64,000 bases of DNA from Camelus dromedarius (GCF_036321535.1 NC_087438.1:6698001-6762000); one strand, 5' to 3'. Shown: positions 1-14,017, counted from the stretch's first letter. A program made the numbers and translations. The notes: generated from the letters alone by a model not told the origin.

Positions 1-1489
1 AGCGGATAGGATGTCAGCTATGTCTGGGCAGAAGCCCCCAGAGCCATGCGGTGTTCTCCCAGCCCCTCTCCATCTCTGCCCTTAGCCACGCCCATGGCCT
101 GTCCCCAACAGGGGCTGCACCTCCAGCTTTGGTGCTGGAAGGAAGACACATGAAGCTGACGCACAGATGACATCAAACATGGGTGAGCAGTAAACCAGAG
201 ATTTGGAGGTTGTTCCTGCAGCAAACTATCATGAAAATTGATGGATAGATTCTGGAACAACCCGACTCTTTGTCTGGTTGATTATTTACATAAGGAGACT
301 ACAGCAATGCTTGCCTATGGAGCACCTGTAATCTGGTCAAAGGTTTGGGTCAATCAAAGTTTAAAAAATCCAAAAGATAAAAGGCTGGCGGTCTGTGAGC
401 AACACATCTAGATTACAAAATGAAACTTGGACCAGAGTGAAGATGTGGCCTGGCCAACTACTGTTTGACAGTCATCATCCTGTTACAAGAATTCTTCATG
501 CTTTTGAATTGAGGAGTACCCTGGTTGTTAGAACCTGCTTGCACTCTCCATGACTATACTGTGGGCTGCATGTGATTTTTCTCAGGGAGGAGCCAAAACT
601 GACTTCTTCAAAGATGAAGCAAAATTCAGAAGTTTTTTTAGCTGGATATTTATAAATTTAGAATGGGACATCCACCCATAACTGATTCAGGTATCATTTG
701 ATTTCTCTACTGTTTTATGTAAGTTAATTTTAGAGGGGATCTGACAGACTGATATTCTTTGTTCTCTTCCTCTCTTTTTACCCCAAATAAAAATATGAGG
801 ACTCAACAGATTCCTTCTTAAAAAAAAAGAATCAGCATTGAAACTCACATACCCAAAGTCATTTGTATAAACTGCAGGGAAAGCTGTTACTCTCCTATAA
901 TCAGCAGGCTCTAAACAGAAGTTTGATAAAGCCCGTTAGTGTGGTTGTTAGAGCATCAATAACCTTGGCCTTTAGGAAGGAGGCTGAATGAAGACGGATG
1001 GGTGGCGGGCTCTGGCCAGTCAGGCTCTTCCACTGCCAATCGCGGATGCCGACATCCGTGCCAGCGGCCATGCTACCCTAGTGCAATTAACAGATGCCTG
1101 GGCCAGAGCGACTGTTCCTCACTGTTGCCATCACTCTGACTTTGCTGCTGACTCTTAATCATTTTAACAATGTGGCATGCTGCTATTTTTGTTTGTTTGA
1201 TACATGCTGGGGTGGCAATATTTTCCAAAGAATTGTTCAGAATGGGATAAAATCACTAGTTGACTTGTGCAAGTTTTAAGTATTTTTAATGGCAGGAAAG
1301 TTAGCATGCATGACAATAAAAGAGGCACATTGGAATCTCCCAAAATCAATAGGACAATTTAAGCACACGCCTGCCTTATGTTTCCCTGAAGAGAAATACT
1401 TTATAGCTCCTTTGACATAAAATATAAACCTTCCATGCATTAATTTACTTGAGTGGTTTTGATCTCCATATATTTTCCATCTGTACCTC

Positions 1490-1940
1490 TGATTTATTAG
1501 GGCAATGCTATAACAAACCCAACATTCAGGTTAAGATAATGAGATTTTTTTTTCCTGTTCATGTAATAGTCCAGTGAGAAATTCCTCATTAGCAGGCTGT
1601 TTTGCTCTAACTAGTGATTCAAAGACCCTAACACCCTCCTACATGGAACTCCACTATCCCTGGGTGCTGCGGGAGACCCCCTGAAGTTTCAGTTTTCAAA
1701 CAGCAGAAAGTCAAGGAGACGGTGGATAAGGCTCATTTGCTCCTTAAATAACCCAGCAAAGATATGATGCACATCACTTTTGCCCACATCTCACTGGAGA
1801 GAACTGGTTCATGGCCAGATCTGGATATAAAGTTGAACTGAAAAATGTCCTAAGTTAGGCCACCACCTACCAGACATGTCTCTATATTGTGGAAGAGGGA
1901 GCACAGTTTGGGGTTTATAGGGAGCCGTCTCTGCCACAAC
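1490..1940 (-). mobile_element. Old MaLR LTR (MLT1K/MLT1L-like)
   Basis: gctataacaaaccc...agtgattcaaagaccc...cacttttgcccacatctcactgg resembles the antisense consensus of old MLT1 LTRs. Confidence 0.6.
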
Positions 1941-2300
1941 CACTTGGGGGTGTAATACATCTTGTAAATTTTGTTCCCCATATATTTAAAAACATGTCAA
2001 TGTTATGTTAAATAGAATTAACATAACGGCTACATAAGGCATTGAACTATTACCAATCTGACTCCATCTTCCTATACACTTTGTATTCTGGTTCCCAAAG
2101 CATTGTTATGTAATACTTGCTAATTAAAATTCATCTAATCCTACTGGGCCCATTTGGAGAGTTTCACTCTACTTGTGACTGGGGGCTGAGGACAAACACA
2201 GTATCATGCAAACCACCCACCCTTCATGGTGCCTGCAAGGATTCAATCTGATGACCTCAGAAACGTTCCTTGGAAAAAATCCAGATAATTTTCAATTATC

Positions 2301-2331
2301 TCATTCATTCATTCATTCACTCATTCATTCA
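2301..2331. repeat. (TTCA)n microsatellite, probably an L2 3' tail
   Basis: tcattcattcattcattcactcattcattca. Confidence 0.7.
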
Positions 2332-2869
2332 GAAATAGTCATTATCCTCCTACTAGAAGCCAGGAAGGAGGTCTCATTTTATATTCTTCTGCCAGTGTAA
2401 AATATTTAATTACCTATAATCTTTAATGTAAGTTTGTTAAGGATTTTCTGAAGGGAAATAAATTGTGCTAACTGATTCTCCACCCCTATCTCCAACATGT
2501 TGACCTTGTTTTCATTTCCTTAAAATGCTCTGGCTGATCATAGGGGCAGTTCTCCCAGCAGAGCTCCATTTATTACGGTAAACATCTAGCTGTTTTCCCT
2601 GGTGGGGAACTGTGACTCACAGCCCCAGAGACCACACTCTCCCCTTTCCTCCCCCAACTCCTTCTTGTGCCTTCGTTTCCCCCAGGGGACCCAGTAGGTC
2701 TTTAGCTTTTTAAGGGGTAAAAAGTCATTTTATTGAACAGAAGCACCCCTCCCACTGTCCCTTGGCTTTCCCACAGTGCCGGTCTCAGAGACACACACTT
2801 CAGGAAATCGGAAAATGAGTCCATGCTAATGACTTGATAATAAGTCAGGTTGGTTTCCACTTTTCTCTT

Positions 2870-3700
2870 GTTTTCAATCAGATTAAAGGAGAAGGTAATT
2901 GAATTGTCAGCTCATTGAACACTAAAAGTAATTTTTGGTCATAGATTGTAGTATGAGTTCTCAAATGTAGTTTGGAAGAGTTCAAAGAATTGAGCAACAT
3001 GGTTGTAACAATTTTCTTCCATTTCCATCCATTTATGTGGATGAATTTTCTAAGCACCTGAATCTGTGAAAGTGCAAAATAGGAATAGAATTGATACTGA
3101 ATCCTTTTTCATTTTAGCAATAAGTAATGTTCATCCAGAGACATATGAATGAAAAGACTAAAAAGTACAAAAAAGAAAAGAAAAAGAAGGAAAACAAATC
3201 ACCCATGTGACTAAAATGCATCTTTCAATAAAATGTTATGTTCTTTCTTATAATTACCAAAATTGCTGAGACAGTTTTCATTTTTGTTCCATTATGCAGT
3301 AGTAATTGTTTTAATAACTAAATCCAGAAGTAATTATCCAAAATGTAGAGTAGAGTATTTAAAATATCGCATGATATTTTAGAAAATTAAATCTAAATAC
3401 AGACTCATATTTATATCTTGAAGTATAATGGAAATGCAAATTTAATAAACAAACGAAATGATGAAAAACTTCTGTGTAAAAGAAGAGTTTGTTCACATAG
3501 TTGAAAAATATTTGATGGTGGACATCAAATCACTTTGGGATTTAGAATCCACTGAATATATTTAAACAAGAAAATATTAAGGTTTTACTCTTAAGTTTCC
3601 AGTGTTGACAGGACATTTGAAATTATAACCTTGCAATTATTTAAATTTATGATAAGACATTTTGGATATTAACCTAAACATGCATGAAGGGAAACATTGA
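2870..3700 (+). mobile_element. hAT-Charlie DNA transposon fragment (degenerate transposase 3' end)
   Basis: gagttcaaagaattgagc...cttccatttccatcc...aataggaatagaattgatactgaa...agcaataagtaatgttcatcca matches the recalled Charlie transposase C-terminal region (LLPFPSTY-like). Right boundary approximate. Confidence 0.6.
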
Positions 3701-3899
3701 CACATTCAACACTCTCTTAGGAAAAATATTTGAAGATGCCAGTCATGGTGCTGGCATTTCCACATCAATGTGTACAAGACTGGAGCAAAAGCATACAGCA
3801 GGATGATGTGCAGATCTTCTGCCCAGAGCTCCTGGGGCTGGAGATGTATCTTTAGGAAGGTGATATGGCACCTGTATCATAGAGCACCTAACATCCTAT

Positions 3900-4407
3900 G
3901 GTTGTTAAGAGTGGTAACCAATTCCTCACCACTTCTCCTATGGAGCAGTAGAGTCCTTTGCCCTTGTCCTTGAATCTGGGCTACATGTAACTTGCTTTGG
4001 CCACTAGGAGGCAATGTAAGTGATGCCCTAAACTTTGAGCCTTTGCCTTAAGAAAGCTGCAGCTTATTCTTCAGTCTTCTTGGAGTTCACCCTCTTGGTA
4101 TTCAACTGCCATGCTGAAGAAGCCCAAGTGAGTCCCAGGGAGAAGGTGGTAGAGGGGACCTGAGACATCTCAGCCACAGGACCTGCTCTGCCCTGGCTGC
4201 CAGCCATGAGTGTGAGCCGTCTCAGAGGGCTCAGCTCTGGTGACCCTCCAGACAACATTAGCCCACAGCTGATGCCAAGTGGAGTGGAATAACCCTCTCA
4301 GGGAGCCCATCAGCCCATAGAACAATGAGCGATAATAAATGATGATTGTCATTTTAAGCCTTAGGTTTTGGGGTCTCTCATTGCATAGCAATAAGATAAC
4401 TGGTGTA
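3900..4407 (+). mobile_element. MaLR LTR (MLT1G/H-like)
   Basis: ccttgaatctgggct...ttgctttggcca...gataataaatg...ttttaagcc...gcaataagataactgg, the typical MLT1 body and 3' end. Confidence 0.75.
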
Positions 4408-4782
4408 CCCCACTACAGAAAGACTGAGAAATAGTCACAATGTGGGATAATAAAGATTATAAATAGTCTCACTCATCAGTTCATGTCAAGTTTTCCCTAA
4501 AAAGTCATTAGGTCATTTCTTGTAGCCACATGAGTTACGAATAAAATGGTTTTCTAAGCATTTTGAATCTGAGCCATCACTGTACATTCAGAGGTACATT
4601 TCCTCATAATTTTTCATCTTTTCTTGTTGCCACGCTAGGCCGTGCACTCCCCTGAGACAAGGAATTGTCCTCCTTTCCCCCCTATCTTTCTGGTCGTTTC
4701 AAGCACTAGGTTTTGCACCCAGCGGTAGAAACTTGCCATTTGCACTGTTTCACTGTCTCATCTTCATTGTCTATGTCTACAA

Positions 4783-4900
4783 TTATCTCCCTTTTGTAGA
4801 TGAAGAAACTGAGGCCCAGAGAGGTTAAGTAAGCTTCCCAAAGTCACACAGTGAATAGATCGCAATGTGTGGATTTAAACCCAGGCAGGTGAGTCTGAAG
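4783..4900 (-). mobile_element. MIR SINE fragment
   Basis: MIR core: ttttgtagatgaagaaactgaggcccagagaggttaagtaagcttcccaaagtcacacag. Confidence 0.85.
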
Positions 4901-6203
4901 CACCACAAATGCGGTCTGTATTTTGGAGAACCACCACTTGAGCTGCCAAACCCAACAGGTAGGCATTTCTCAAATGACAGGAGGCTATATGTGAACCTGG
5001 GCTTTTTTTCCTACAAAACTTGATACAATTCACAAATCTTTATAAAGCAGCAGAATACTACATTAGTTCATGTAATAAGCTCCAGGTGATGCAAAGATGA
5101 TTGACTATTCATGGAGATCACTCAGAAGTAAATATACAGGTATAAAAATGCATATTGCTCAATTAATTTTGTTGAATCATTGAACAAATAAACTACCAGT
5201 TTGATTTCCCTGGCTCATCTGTCAAGGAGCTCACAATCCCCTTTATTAAGAAAGTAGAACATGTATTCATCAAAGCAGATGCTCTTATTAAAAGCAGCAC
5301 ATAGTAAAAGAAACACAGGCTCTAATCACAAAGCGTGCCTGAATAATGAACAATGCTTACCAGATACAAGCATGCCCCAATTTTTTTTCTTCCAGGACAC
5401 CACAGACCTTCTCAACACTCCTATTACTTCCAATGCCTAGTGCATTCCAACCCCAAGGCCCCCTCTGTCCCTCTTAATTCTTCCTATCCTTGCTTCACAT
5501 CACCAGGACTCTTTAACTTGGACAGGTAATTGACCCTTTGTCCTCTTCTTTGAAACTTACTGACTCAGAAAGCATCCCTCCCAGTGAGAAGTTTTCCATT
5601 TTGCAACTGCTTTCCACAGAAGCCAGATTCTTTTTCTTTGGAACATTTATAAATCAGCAAAAACAACTGAACACATATTGAATGACATGTGACTCGGCTC
5701 CCTAGAGGTGCGTCTAAACGAATGTAGTCAATCGGCAATGCGCCGGAGTCAGGACACAGCACATCAGAAGAAGGTACAACTTGGCAACATTTCCAAACTC
5801 GGTAGATTTTGTACCTACCACAGATGGCCTCCTTATTTTGGGAACAAGCACTTTTGAAAAGAACCGCATTCCACTTGCTAAATCAGGTAAAAACAAGGCA
5901 AAAGAGGAAAAGATTCAATTAAATCATCATTTGGGGATTTCAAGAAAAAGAGATTAGTGATCTCTCCCCATAAAACCTTTAAACCACAATTATGAGGAAG
6001 CTGAATGATTGGCAATAATTTTTCAGATTTAAAAATCAGAGAACTTGATCATTTGATTGGAACAATAACCCCTTACTATCTCAATCCGAGTTGTTCGAGG
6101 CTGAGCTTTTAAGTTTATGGCTTATGTTAATAAAATCCATATAAACTAATAAGCTTAATATTTGTATTTATAACATAGCTTCATATACAAATGTATGTTT
6201 TGT

Positions 6204-6319
6204 GGGGTGGGTATAGCTCAGTGGTAGAGTGTGTGCTTAGCGTGCACGAGGTCTTGGGTTCACTCCCCAGTACCTCCTTAAAAAATAATAATAATAAAAT
6301 AAAATTTAAATTAAGAAAA
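6204..6319 (+). mobile_element. tRNA-Ala(AGC)-derived SINE (camelid Vic-1 type) with A-rich tail and TSD
   Basis: GGGGTGGGTATAGCTCAGTGGTAGAG...GCTTAGC...GGTTCACTCCCCAGTACCTCC followed by an A-rich tail. Pol III A and B boxes are visible. TSD ACAAATGTATGTTTTG (6187-6202) / ACAAATGCACGTTTTG (6320-6335). Confidence 0.88.
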
Positions 6320-8524
6320 ACAAATGCACGTTTTGCTGTTTAAATGGTTAACATCTAGAGCATTGTGTATGAATGTATATCTAGGTTCATGCAGAGGTTA
6401 TATATTTAGGCCATATTGTTGATAAAATAGATTTTGTTCTAAAAGACTGCTTCTGAAATCAGAGCAGTTTCACATTTCAAAAGAAATGCAAATATTTGCC
6501 TGCTTGCTGCTTATTTTCATTGAACCAAAAACCACCTGAAGACTACTTGCCTTTAGATTTTCTCATCTTAAAAGTAAATTGTATTGATGGGGAATCTCGT
6601 CCCATGACACTCGCTGCGGATCTGAATTTTCAGCGTGCTGGAGGGTGGCGTGTCTGTGCCCAGTGCTGTGAATTGCTCATGTGAGATCTCAGAGAGCTCC
6701 TGGAAAGGTTAGTAACTGTCCACAGCTCGGCAGTCACCTCGTCCTCCGCCCGAGGTCAGGTCGCAGCCGGGGCCTCAGCTCCGAAGGTGAAGCACGTGTG
6801 TAAGACACAGTCTCCCTGACAAAGCTACATGGGAGAGTCAGGCCCTTTTGTAATCTGTTATCTGTTCAAGACAGCTCTCCGCACTTCTCCAAAATGACCA
6901 TTTCCCAAATGCTAGTCAACATAACTAGCTGACCAGCCCTGGGCTTCCCCCTGCACTGCTCTGGGACTGCAGGCTGGGCTTCGATCTCTGATGAGGCAGA
7001 CAAGGGCATTGGGCCTGCGTTCGCAGGATGTCGCTGCCTTGCATTAGACGGCCCAGCCTGTGGTTGTTCTAAACCCCAGGTCAGTAATGATCATAAATCA
7101 ATTGTACCAAAGTGCCTTCATCAGGGTGCCTCGCAGACTGGAGATTGCACTTTGATGAAGTAGCTGGCCATCCCCACACTTCCTGGACCGCCAGCTTGTT
7201 AGGAATACATCCTTGTCATCAAAGGTTGTTTGCTTTCTGCAGAGAGGGCTGCAAACTCCTCTTACCCACGGCAAGAGTAAGTGCCCCCAAGGAAGGCTGC
7301 TGTGAGAGGCAGAGTCCAGGGAAACAGTCCACTGTGATGTGGAAGGGAGGAGGCAGGGGTGGAAAAGACCACAGGGTTGTTTCCTTCCATTGGCCCTAGA
7401 AGGTTAGGTTTTGGTAGAATAATCCAAATAATAACATTACTGTTTTACATATTGTATCTGCTGGGATTAGACTCTGCTGCCTGGGACAGAAAGCCCAAAT
7501 TGGCAGTGATTTACACAAACTAGACATGCTACTTGTCCTGCCTGTAAAAGCAGTCCAGAGGCAGCTGTGATGGCACACATGGTCCAGCTCCCTCAAGTCT
7601 TCAGGATACAGGATTTGTCCCACCGACACCTCTGCTATCCCCAGAATATGTTCCATAACCTCGAAGTCCCAACAGAATGCCAGAGCTCCAGCCATCACAG
7701 CCATGGTTCAGGGAGGAAGAAAGTGGCTCTTGTTCCTTTAAAGACACTTCCTGTGAATTGCACAAAACACTCTGACTTAACATTTGACCAAAATGCATGG
7801 CCACAGTTAGCTTTGATGGATGTGTGCAAACAGTCATTTGCCTTGGGGGCAAAAAGATTAGGAAAAAAATTGGGCAAAGGGGGAAATGGATACTGAGGAG
7901 CAACTGGAATTTCTGCTGTGTATAAATATAACCTCTCAATATGTAAATCACTTTCATTAGGAACTACTTTTGGAGAATAATTTTCATTTTTAAAGCGATT
8001 AGATCATATAACCCTAGAAACAAAATAAATGAAGAACCATTGCCTATTCATTATGATGATATATAGAATTACATCCTGACTAGAAATTATTTGAAATTCT
8101 ATAAAATATACTAATTATATATTGACTCGTTAAGTCTCTAAAGAGCCTTAAATACGATAAATATAATCATAGGATGAAGATAAGATTCTCATTTTGTTAA
8201 ACAAGACGATCAGCAAAAAATTGATGAGAAAAAATTATATTTACCTTTCTGGAAGCTCTAAAACTCAAATCACTAATGCTTTCTATACTAGTGTTTGTTA
8301 GAATCGAAGTCATAGAAGAATTAAACTTTATTTATTTGAAGAGGGGGTTATTACCACTATTAGCCCAGGGCCCTTCCCCCAAAATACATACAAAATCAAA
8401 GTTTTATATTTTGAATTCTAAATCTGGTTGCTATATTACAACAACGACATTCAATTCCACTGGATCATACTGGTTTCATTTGTTTTTAAAGGGAAGGGTG
8501 TATTTCAGTCCCAGGGAGACAGGG

Positions 8525-8660
8525 GTGATGAATAGAATCTTAGACTAGAGGTCGGAAGACTGGTTTCTATTCTCAGCTCCCAATATTGATTTGTGCAGCC
8601 ACAGTCTAGTTACTTAAAGTCTTTGGTTTTATATCTATTTTCTACAAAGCTTAGCTGCTT
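8525..8660 (+). mobile_element. MIR SINE fragment (degenerate)
   Basis: gaatagaatcttagactagaggtcggaagactgg...agttacttaaagtctttgg. Confidence 0.55.
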
Positions 8661-9519
8661 CCAGTTGACAGCTACTCCTTAAAGATGGTGAGTATTAACT
8701 GGAGAATCTACTACAAAAATCCTTGAGGTCCTCCCCTCTGAGAACTGCCCATCCTAATTTCCCTATGTAGGTAATTACTCTCCATCACGCAATCAAGTGT
8801 AGTCCATGTGGCCAATGCATTTGAAATGCTATTTTCTTGGCGTGACTTCCTCGCTCCAGACGTCTGAGGAACTGCACACTCAGCAGCTTCAAAACTTCAG
8901 GGAGTTGTTTGGATTCAGATGTACTCAAGTTATAGGAAACCCATTTATAACCCATCTGCAGCCAAGGCCTGGGGAAGCTGGTTTCTCTGGACCCTTGATG
9001 TGGAATTAGACAAGACCAAGAGAGTCCAACCAAAGCCCTGGAAAGTCCAATGCCAAGTCTCAGATCTGGGTGGAGATGTGAATGGAGGACAAAACCCGGG
9101 ATTATCCATTTCTGACCCAAGACTGGCATTTTCATCTGCCACACAAATGTGCCCAATGAGCTTTCTTCTTTTCCTCCTGAATGGCCTCCTGCCACATTTA
9201 AACACACAGGGAGATAGTCGATTGCTCTTAAAGTAGAATTCAGAGATAAAACGACTCATGTCAGAATAAGCCAGTCTGTTAAGAATGTTTTGATTCACTA
9301 GAAACTTTGAGACTGCCCACATGTCCATAATTGGGAAACCAACTCTTTAAAATATTTTAAAACCCTGTTAAAAATAAGACTATGTGAAGGGCCAGTGTGA
9401 AAAGTAATGTGCATGGAATCGTATTGCTGCTTGTGAAAGAAATCATAGACTATTTACAGAGTTAATAAAAATCTATGTCCTGAGATCTGTTAGGATATTT
9501 GAGACCAAATTTGATGTCA

Positions 9520-9720
9520 CTTAAGAGCACTGAGACAGACCTAGAATAAATCTCATCTTAACTGTTCACTATTTGCTTGTTCTTCAGCAAATATGCTCTC
9601 TGAGCCTCAGTTCCCTCATCTGTAAAATGGAAATCATGTCTACCTTTCAGGGTTATGAGGGTTAAAGAACTTTCCAGAAGAGAATGCAACAAAGGCTTCA
9701 ACATTGTAAAGTATCAAAAA
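9520..9720 (+). mobile_element. MIR SINE fragment
   Basis: ctctctgagcctcagttccctcatctgtaaaatgg MIR core. Confidence 0.85.
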
Positions 9721-11789
9721 AGTTGTTTCCTTTCTGTTTAAACATTGTTTCAGTGGAAGCAGAAGGCACATCCTAGGCAGGTGGCAGGATTTTATGATCT
9801 TGTCTGAACGACTCCCTTCTTCCAGTTTCTGGAAAACACATAAGTAATAAAATAAAAGCTCGAGTGCCATAATAAGCACACAACCTCATTAAGCCCAGAG
9901 GGAGCCTCTGCGTCTCACTTTTTTTTTTTTTTTTTTAAATTTCTGCTTGTTTGGAGGAACATCTTTATCCTGTGGGCACTTAAAGGAAAAGTCAAGGCAA
10001 CCATGGCTGGTGCTGGAGACACCAGACTCTGTGAGAGGGGAGAGAAGATCTGGGTGTGCCTTTGGTTCTACCACGTTGATAAGAGTATAAACCACCCCTC
10101 CATTCGTCGAGCTTCAGGACGGCACACAGGACTCGCAAGGTCCCTGCATGTTCGTCCTCCCCAGCCGCCCCCAGCTCCTGTCCCTGCTCATCTACAGACG
10201 TGAGCATTAACGGACGTGGAAGAGGGCTGTCCTGGAGCAACAGGAACCCCTTAGCTGCCTTGGCTTTCTGTATGGTCCCTGGCACACTGGCAGACTTAAG
10301 AGAACATATGGTTCTCAGGGTGGCATTATCCTCAGTTTAAATACAGAGAAAAGCCCTTGAAATCTGCTCTGAGAACAGGGTTTTATCTCCAAATATTGTT
10401 CTTCCCAGCTCCAGACACCATGGTTTCCATATTTTTAGCTACATATCACACTCCTCTGTGACAAATGACATTAATTTTGCTGGGGGAAATCTACAAAGAT
10501 GTGGTAATTACATGAGAAAGCAGCCGGGGAAAGAGGCACGAAGCCTCTGCGGGTCTCGGCCGCCTGCCCCCTCCTTCTCCTGCCTCGCCCGGCTCGGCTC
10601 TGAACAACGCACATCATGTCAGAGGCCACAGAAGGAGCTGGAGGCGGTTTTTGCCAAAATTCCTTTTTGAATGCTGGCGAAGATCTCAAATGTCAGTGTG
10701 GAGGGGAGCAAAGGGGAGAGATATGTGGGTGCACATGTGGGTGAGAGAGAGAATATGTGTGTTTGATAAAGAATCTGGTTCGCGTTTCATTTGGAGTTTG
10801 TTTCTGGGGTGGGGAACCCACCCTCGACCTCCAAGGTCGTCCAGCTGGCCCTCTCCTGAAGGCTCTCCTGTGAGAATTCCCACCACCGAGGGCAAGCAGC
10901 TCTGGCCTCAGGCTCACTCCTCCCAGAAGCCTTTGCAACTCTCACCCTCTTGACTTGTTCTCAGTTTCCCCTGCTCACTAGCTACCCACAAGTCTCTCTT
11001 CACCTACACAGGAGGAATGGCGGCTCACCAGTCATTTTTCTGAATCTGCTTCACTAGTTCCCTTAGACCACTGGCCTCTGTGGAGCGGGTATCCATGCAA
11101 AGGGCTTCACCCCAATCATACTTTTCCTGCCTGAGTGTAGGGCTGGAGATGAAACATGCAGGGCTCCCCCCGCCAGTAAGAAGCCTTGTGAATTGTCACT
11201 CCTTCTGAGAAGGGTACAAGGATTCAAGACCCCAGTAAGAAGGACTGGGACACTAGGCCCACAAAGAGAAAGCAATTCTCCCTACCTTGTAATGAAAGAG
11301 TTGGAAATCCACGCACCAGTACAGTGAGGGAAGGGAGGGCCCTGGAGAGAGGCAGACAGAGATCGGAAGTGCATCTCTGACACTTGCAACCCGGGCGATT
11401 TTGCGTGAGCCAGGTGACTTCCCGGAGCCTCGGCTTCCTGACACGCAAAATGCAGGACTTGTAACCAATCACGCAGATCTGTTGCGAGAACCCCTAGCAC
11501 AGCGCCTGGTGTACATTGGACTCAGTGGAGGTTGTCAGCCTCATTAGTGTTGGGAGTATTTGGTGCTTGTTCGTTTTGTTTTGTTTTAATGCAAGAACTA
11601 AAAGTTGGCAGAATTGAGGGGAAACATGTAAAGTAATAACTACAAACACTATTTGAAGATGTGTAACCTTTTGAGGGCATTCGCTCTTATATACCAAGAG
11701 CTTCCAAAATATGATCATATCATTTGAACCATTGCGTCTTTTCCTGTGAATTTGTATTAAGAAAATACTTTTAAAATGCAGTATGTGTC

Positions 11790-13075
11790 ATGGTTATAAA
11801 ACTATGGCAATTAATGCAGTGCGTGGTTAGATGAGACCATCAAAGCATCAGAACAGGAAGTCTAGACACTAGACCCAGCCTTCTGCAGCCACCTCACATG
11901 TGACCGAGAGTGACACTGCCAAGCAGGAGAAAAGACAGCCTTTCTGATGGCTGGCATTGGACCAACTGGAGAGTCACATGGAAAAAATGATCCATGAGCC
12001 CTACATCACACTAAACACAAAAATCAATCACAGATGGAGTGCAGATACAAATGCAAGTGAAATAATAAGTCTTTCCGAAGAAAACATTTGAGAACATATT
12101 CATGACTGTGGAGTCAGCACAGACTTTTAAAGACTCACAATATGCTAATCAGAAGGAAAAAAATGATAAATTGAAACCACATTTAAATTAAGAACTTTTG
12201 TACATCAAGACACCATTAATGGATTGAAAGGGAATCCTGTGGAATGGGACAAAGTTTTGCAAAATGTATGTCTGAAAAGGGACTTGTATCCAGAATATAT
12301 AAAGAACTTCTACAAATCAAGAAGAAAAGGGAGACAACCCAATGGACAAATAGATGAAAGACTTAAGCAGGCACTTTAAAAAGATACTCCAAATGGTAAA
12401 TACACATATGAAAAGAGGCAACAGGGAAATGTGAATTAGAATCACAATAAGGTATCATCATGCATTCACTAGAGTGACTAAAATGAGAAGGACAAAGATC
12501 ACCAAGGTTTAGGAAAGGTGCAGAGGGAGCCAGACCCTCGTACGTTGCTGGTGGGAGTTGACTACTTTGGAAACTTGCTTGGTGGTAATATTAAAACAGA
12601 GCACATCATGTACCCTGTGATTCAGCCAATCCACTGCCAGCTGTATATCCGATAGGATATATATGTATGTTCATCAAGAGACATGTATAAAAATGTTCTT
12701 AGCAGCCCTATTATAATAGCCCCAAACTGGAAACTACTTAAATGCCCATCAGCAATAGAATGGGTAAATAAATGACAGTCGATACCTGCACACAGAAGTC
12801 TGGGCAGCTATGATAATGAACAAACTCAGTGACACGTGGATGAACGTCACAAACACAACAGTGAGAGACACAGCAGTAAATGTAATCTGTTTTGGAAGCC
12901 TGGGGAGTAATTACTCCTGAGTAGAGAGAAGGAGACCGAGAAGGAGGCTGGTGCTGGTAACACTGTTTCTTCTGAGCACTAGTTACATGATGGGTTCACT
13001 TTGTGAAAACTCACTGATCTGTATCCTTATGATTTGTGTGTACTTCTGGGTGTATACCGTGCCTCAGTAAAGTTT
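11790..13075 (+). mobile_element. Old L1 (L1ME/L1MC-type) ORF2 end and 3' UTR
   Basis: cttgtatccagaatatataaagaact...aaaagaggc...cccaaactggaaactacttaaatgcccatcagcaatagaatggg...gttcactttgtgaaaactc. Confidence 0.85.
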
Positions 13076-13171
13076 ACCCCACCCCCCAAATTGCAATACC
13101 TAAGAAAACATACTTGCACACATACACACCCATTTTCATTAATACCAGACTAGAGAGAGTCCTAATGTCCC

Positions 13172-13602
13172 TGTGATGGTTAATCTTACATGTCAGCTCG
13201 ACTGGGTCATGGGGTGTCAGGTGTTCAGGTAAACATCATTTCTGGGTGTGTCTGTGAGAGTGTTTCTGGAAGAGATTAGCATTTGAAAGCACACTGAATC
13301 ACGCAGAGTTCCCTCCATGGGGATGGGCATCTTCTAACGTGTTGAGGGCCTGGGTACAACAAAAAGGCAGATGAAGAGAGAATTCTCAGCCCAGTGGCTT
13401 GAGCTGGAACGTCGGTCTGCTGCTGCCCTCAACCTGGGACTTACACCACCAGCTTTCATGAGTCTCCAGCTGGTGGGTGGCAGACCATGGGGCTTGTCAG
13501 CCCTCATACTCACATGAGCTAATTCCTTATAATAAATCAATATTTATATCTATATTCTATTGGCTCTCTTTTCTGTTTCTCTGGAGAATACTGACTAATA
13601 CA
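13172..13602 (+). mobile_element. ERVL solo LTR (MLT2A/B-like)
   Basis: Starts TGTGATGGTTAAT and ends CTGGAGAATACTGACTAATACA, the canonical MLT2 termini. Confidence 0.9.
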
Positions 13603-14017
13603 GTTTCACATTAAATTTTCATGAGTTCTAGAATAGTAACTCAGCCCCAAAACTTCCTGCAGCGTTCTAACTGCCATCCCACGCGAGACTTCATTTCAGA
13701 TGCCCTCTGTCCCACTTTACATCTGCAATTTCTTTACTATCTCATCAAACGAGAGATCTACTAAACCTTTGTCATCACCGGTCCCATAAACTCCACCACT
13801 CCACATTCGTGTCTGAACTGGAGCCCTCTGATCCGAGGAAGATTGCCAACTCAGCTGATCCCAGATACCCCAGTGCCTCATTCAATTGAATCAGTAGGTC
13901 ACGAATAGCTGTTGATACCAACAGAACTTGAAAGCTGCTGATGGCCATTACTGCTCCTTGGGAATTCTAGACAAGCTCATTAATATTCCAGTTGTGATTG
14001 GTGAAGGAGCAGACAGC

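Noticed and set aside
6204..6277. Functional tRNA-Ala gene
   Set aside because: It has an A-rich tail, a TSD, an altered 5' end and stem mismatches, all of which point to a SINE.
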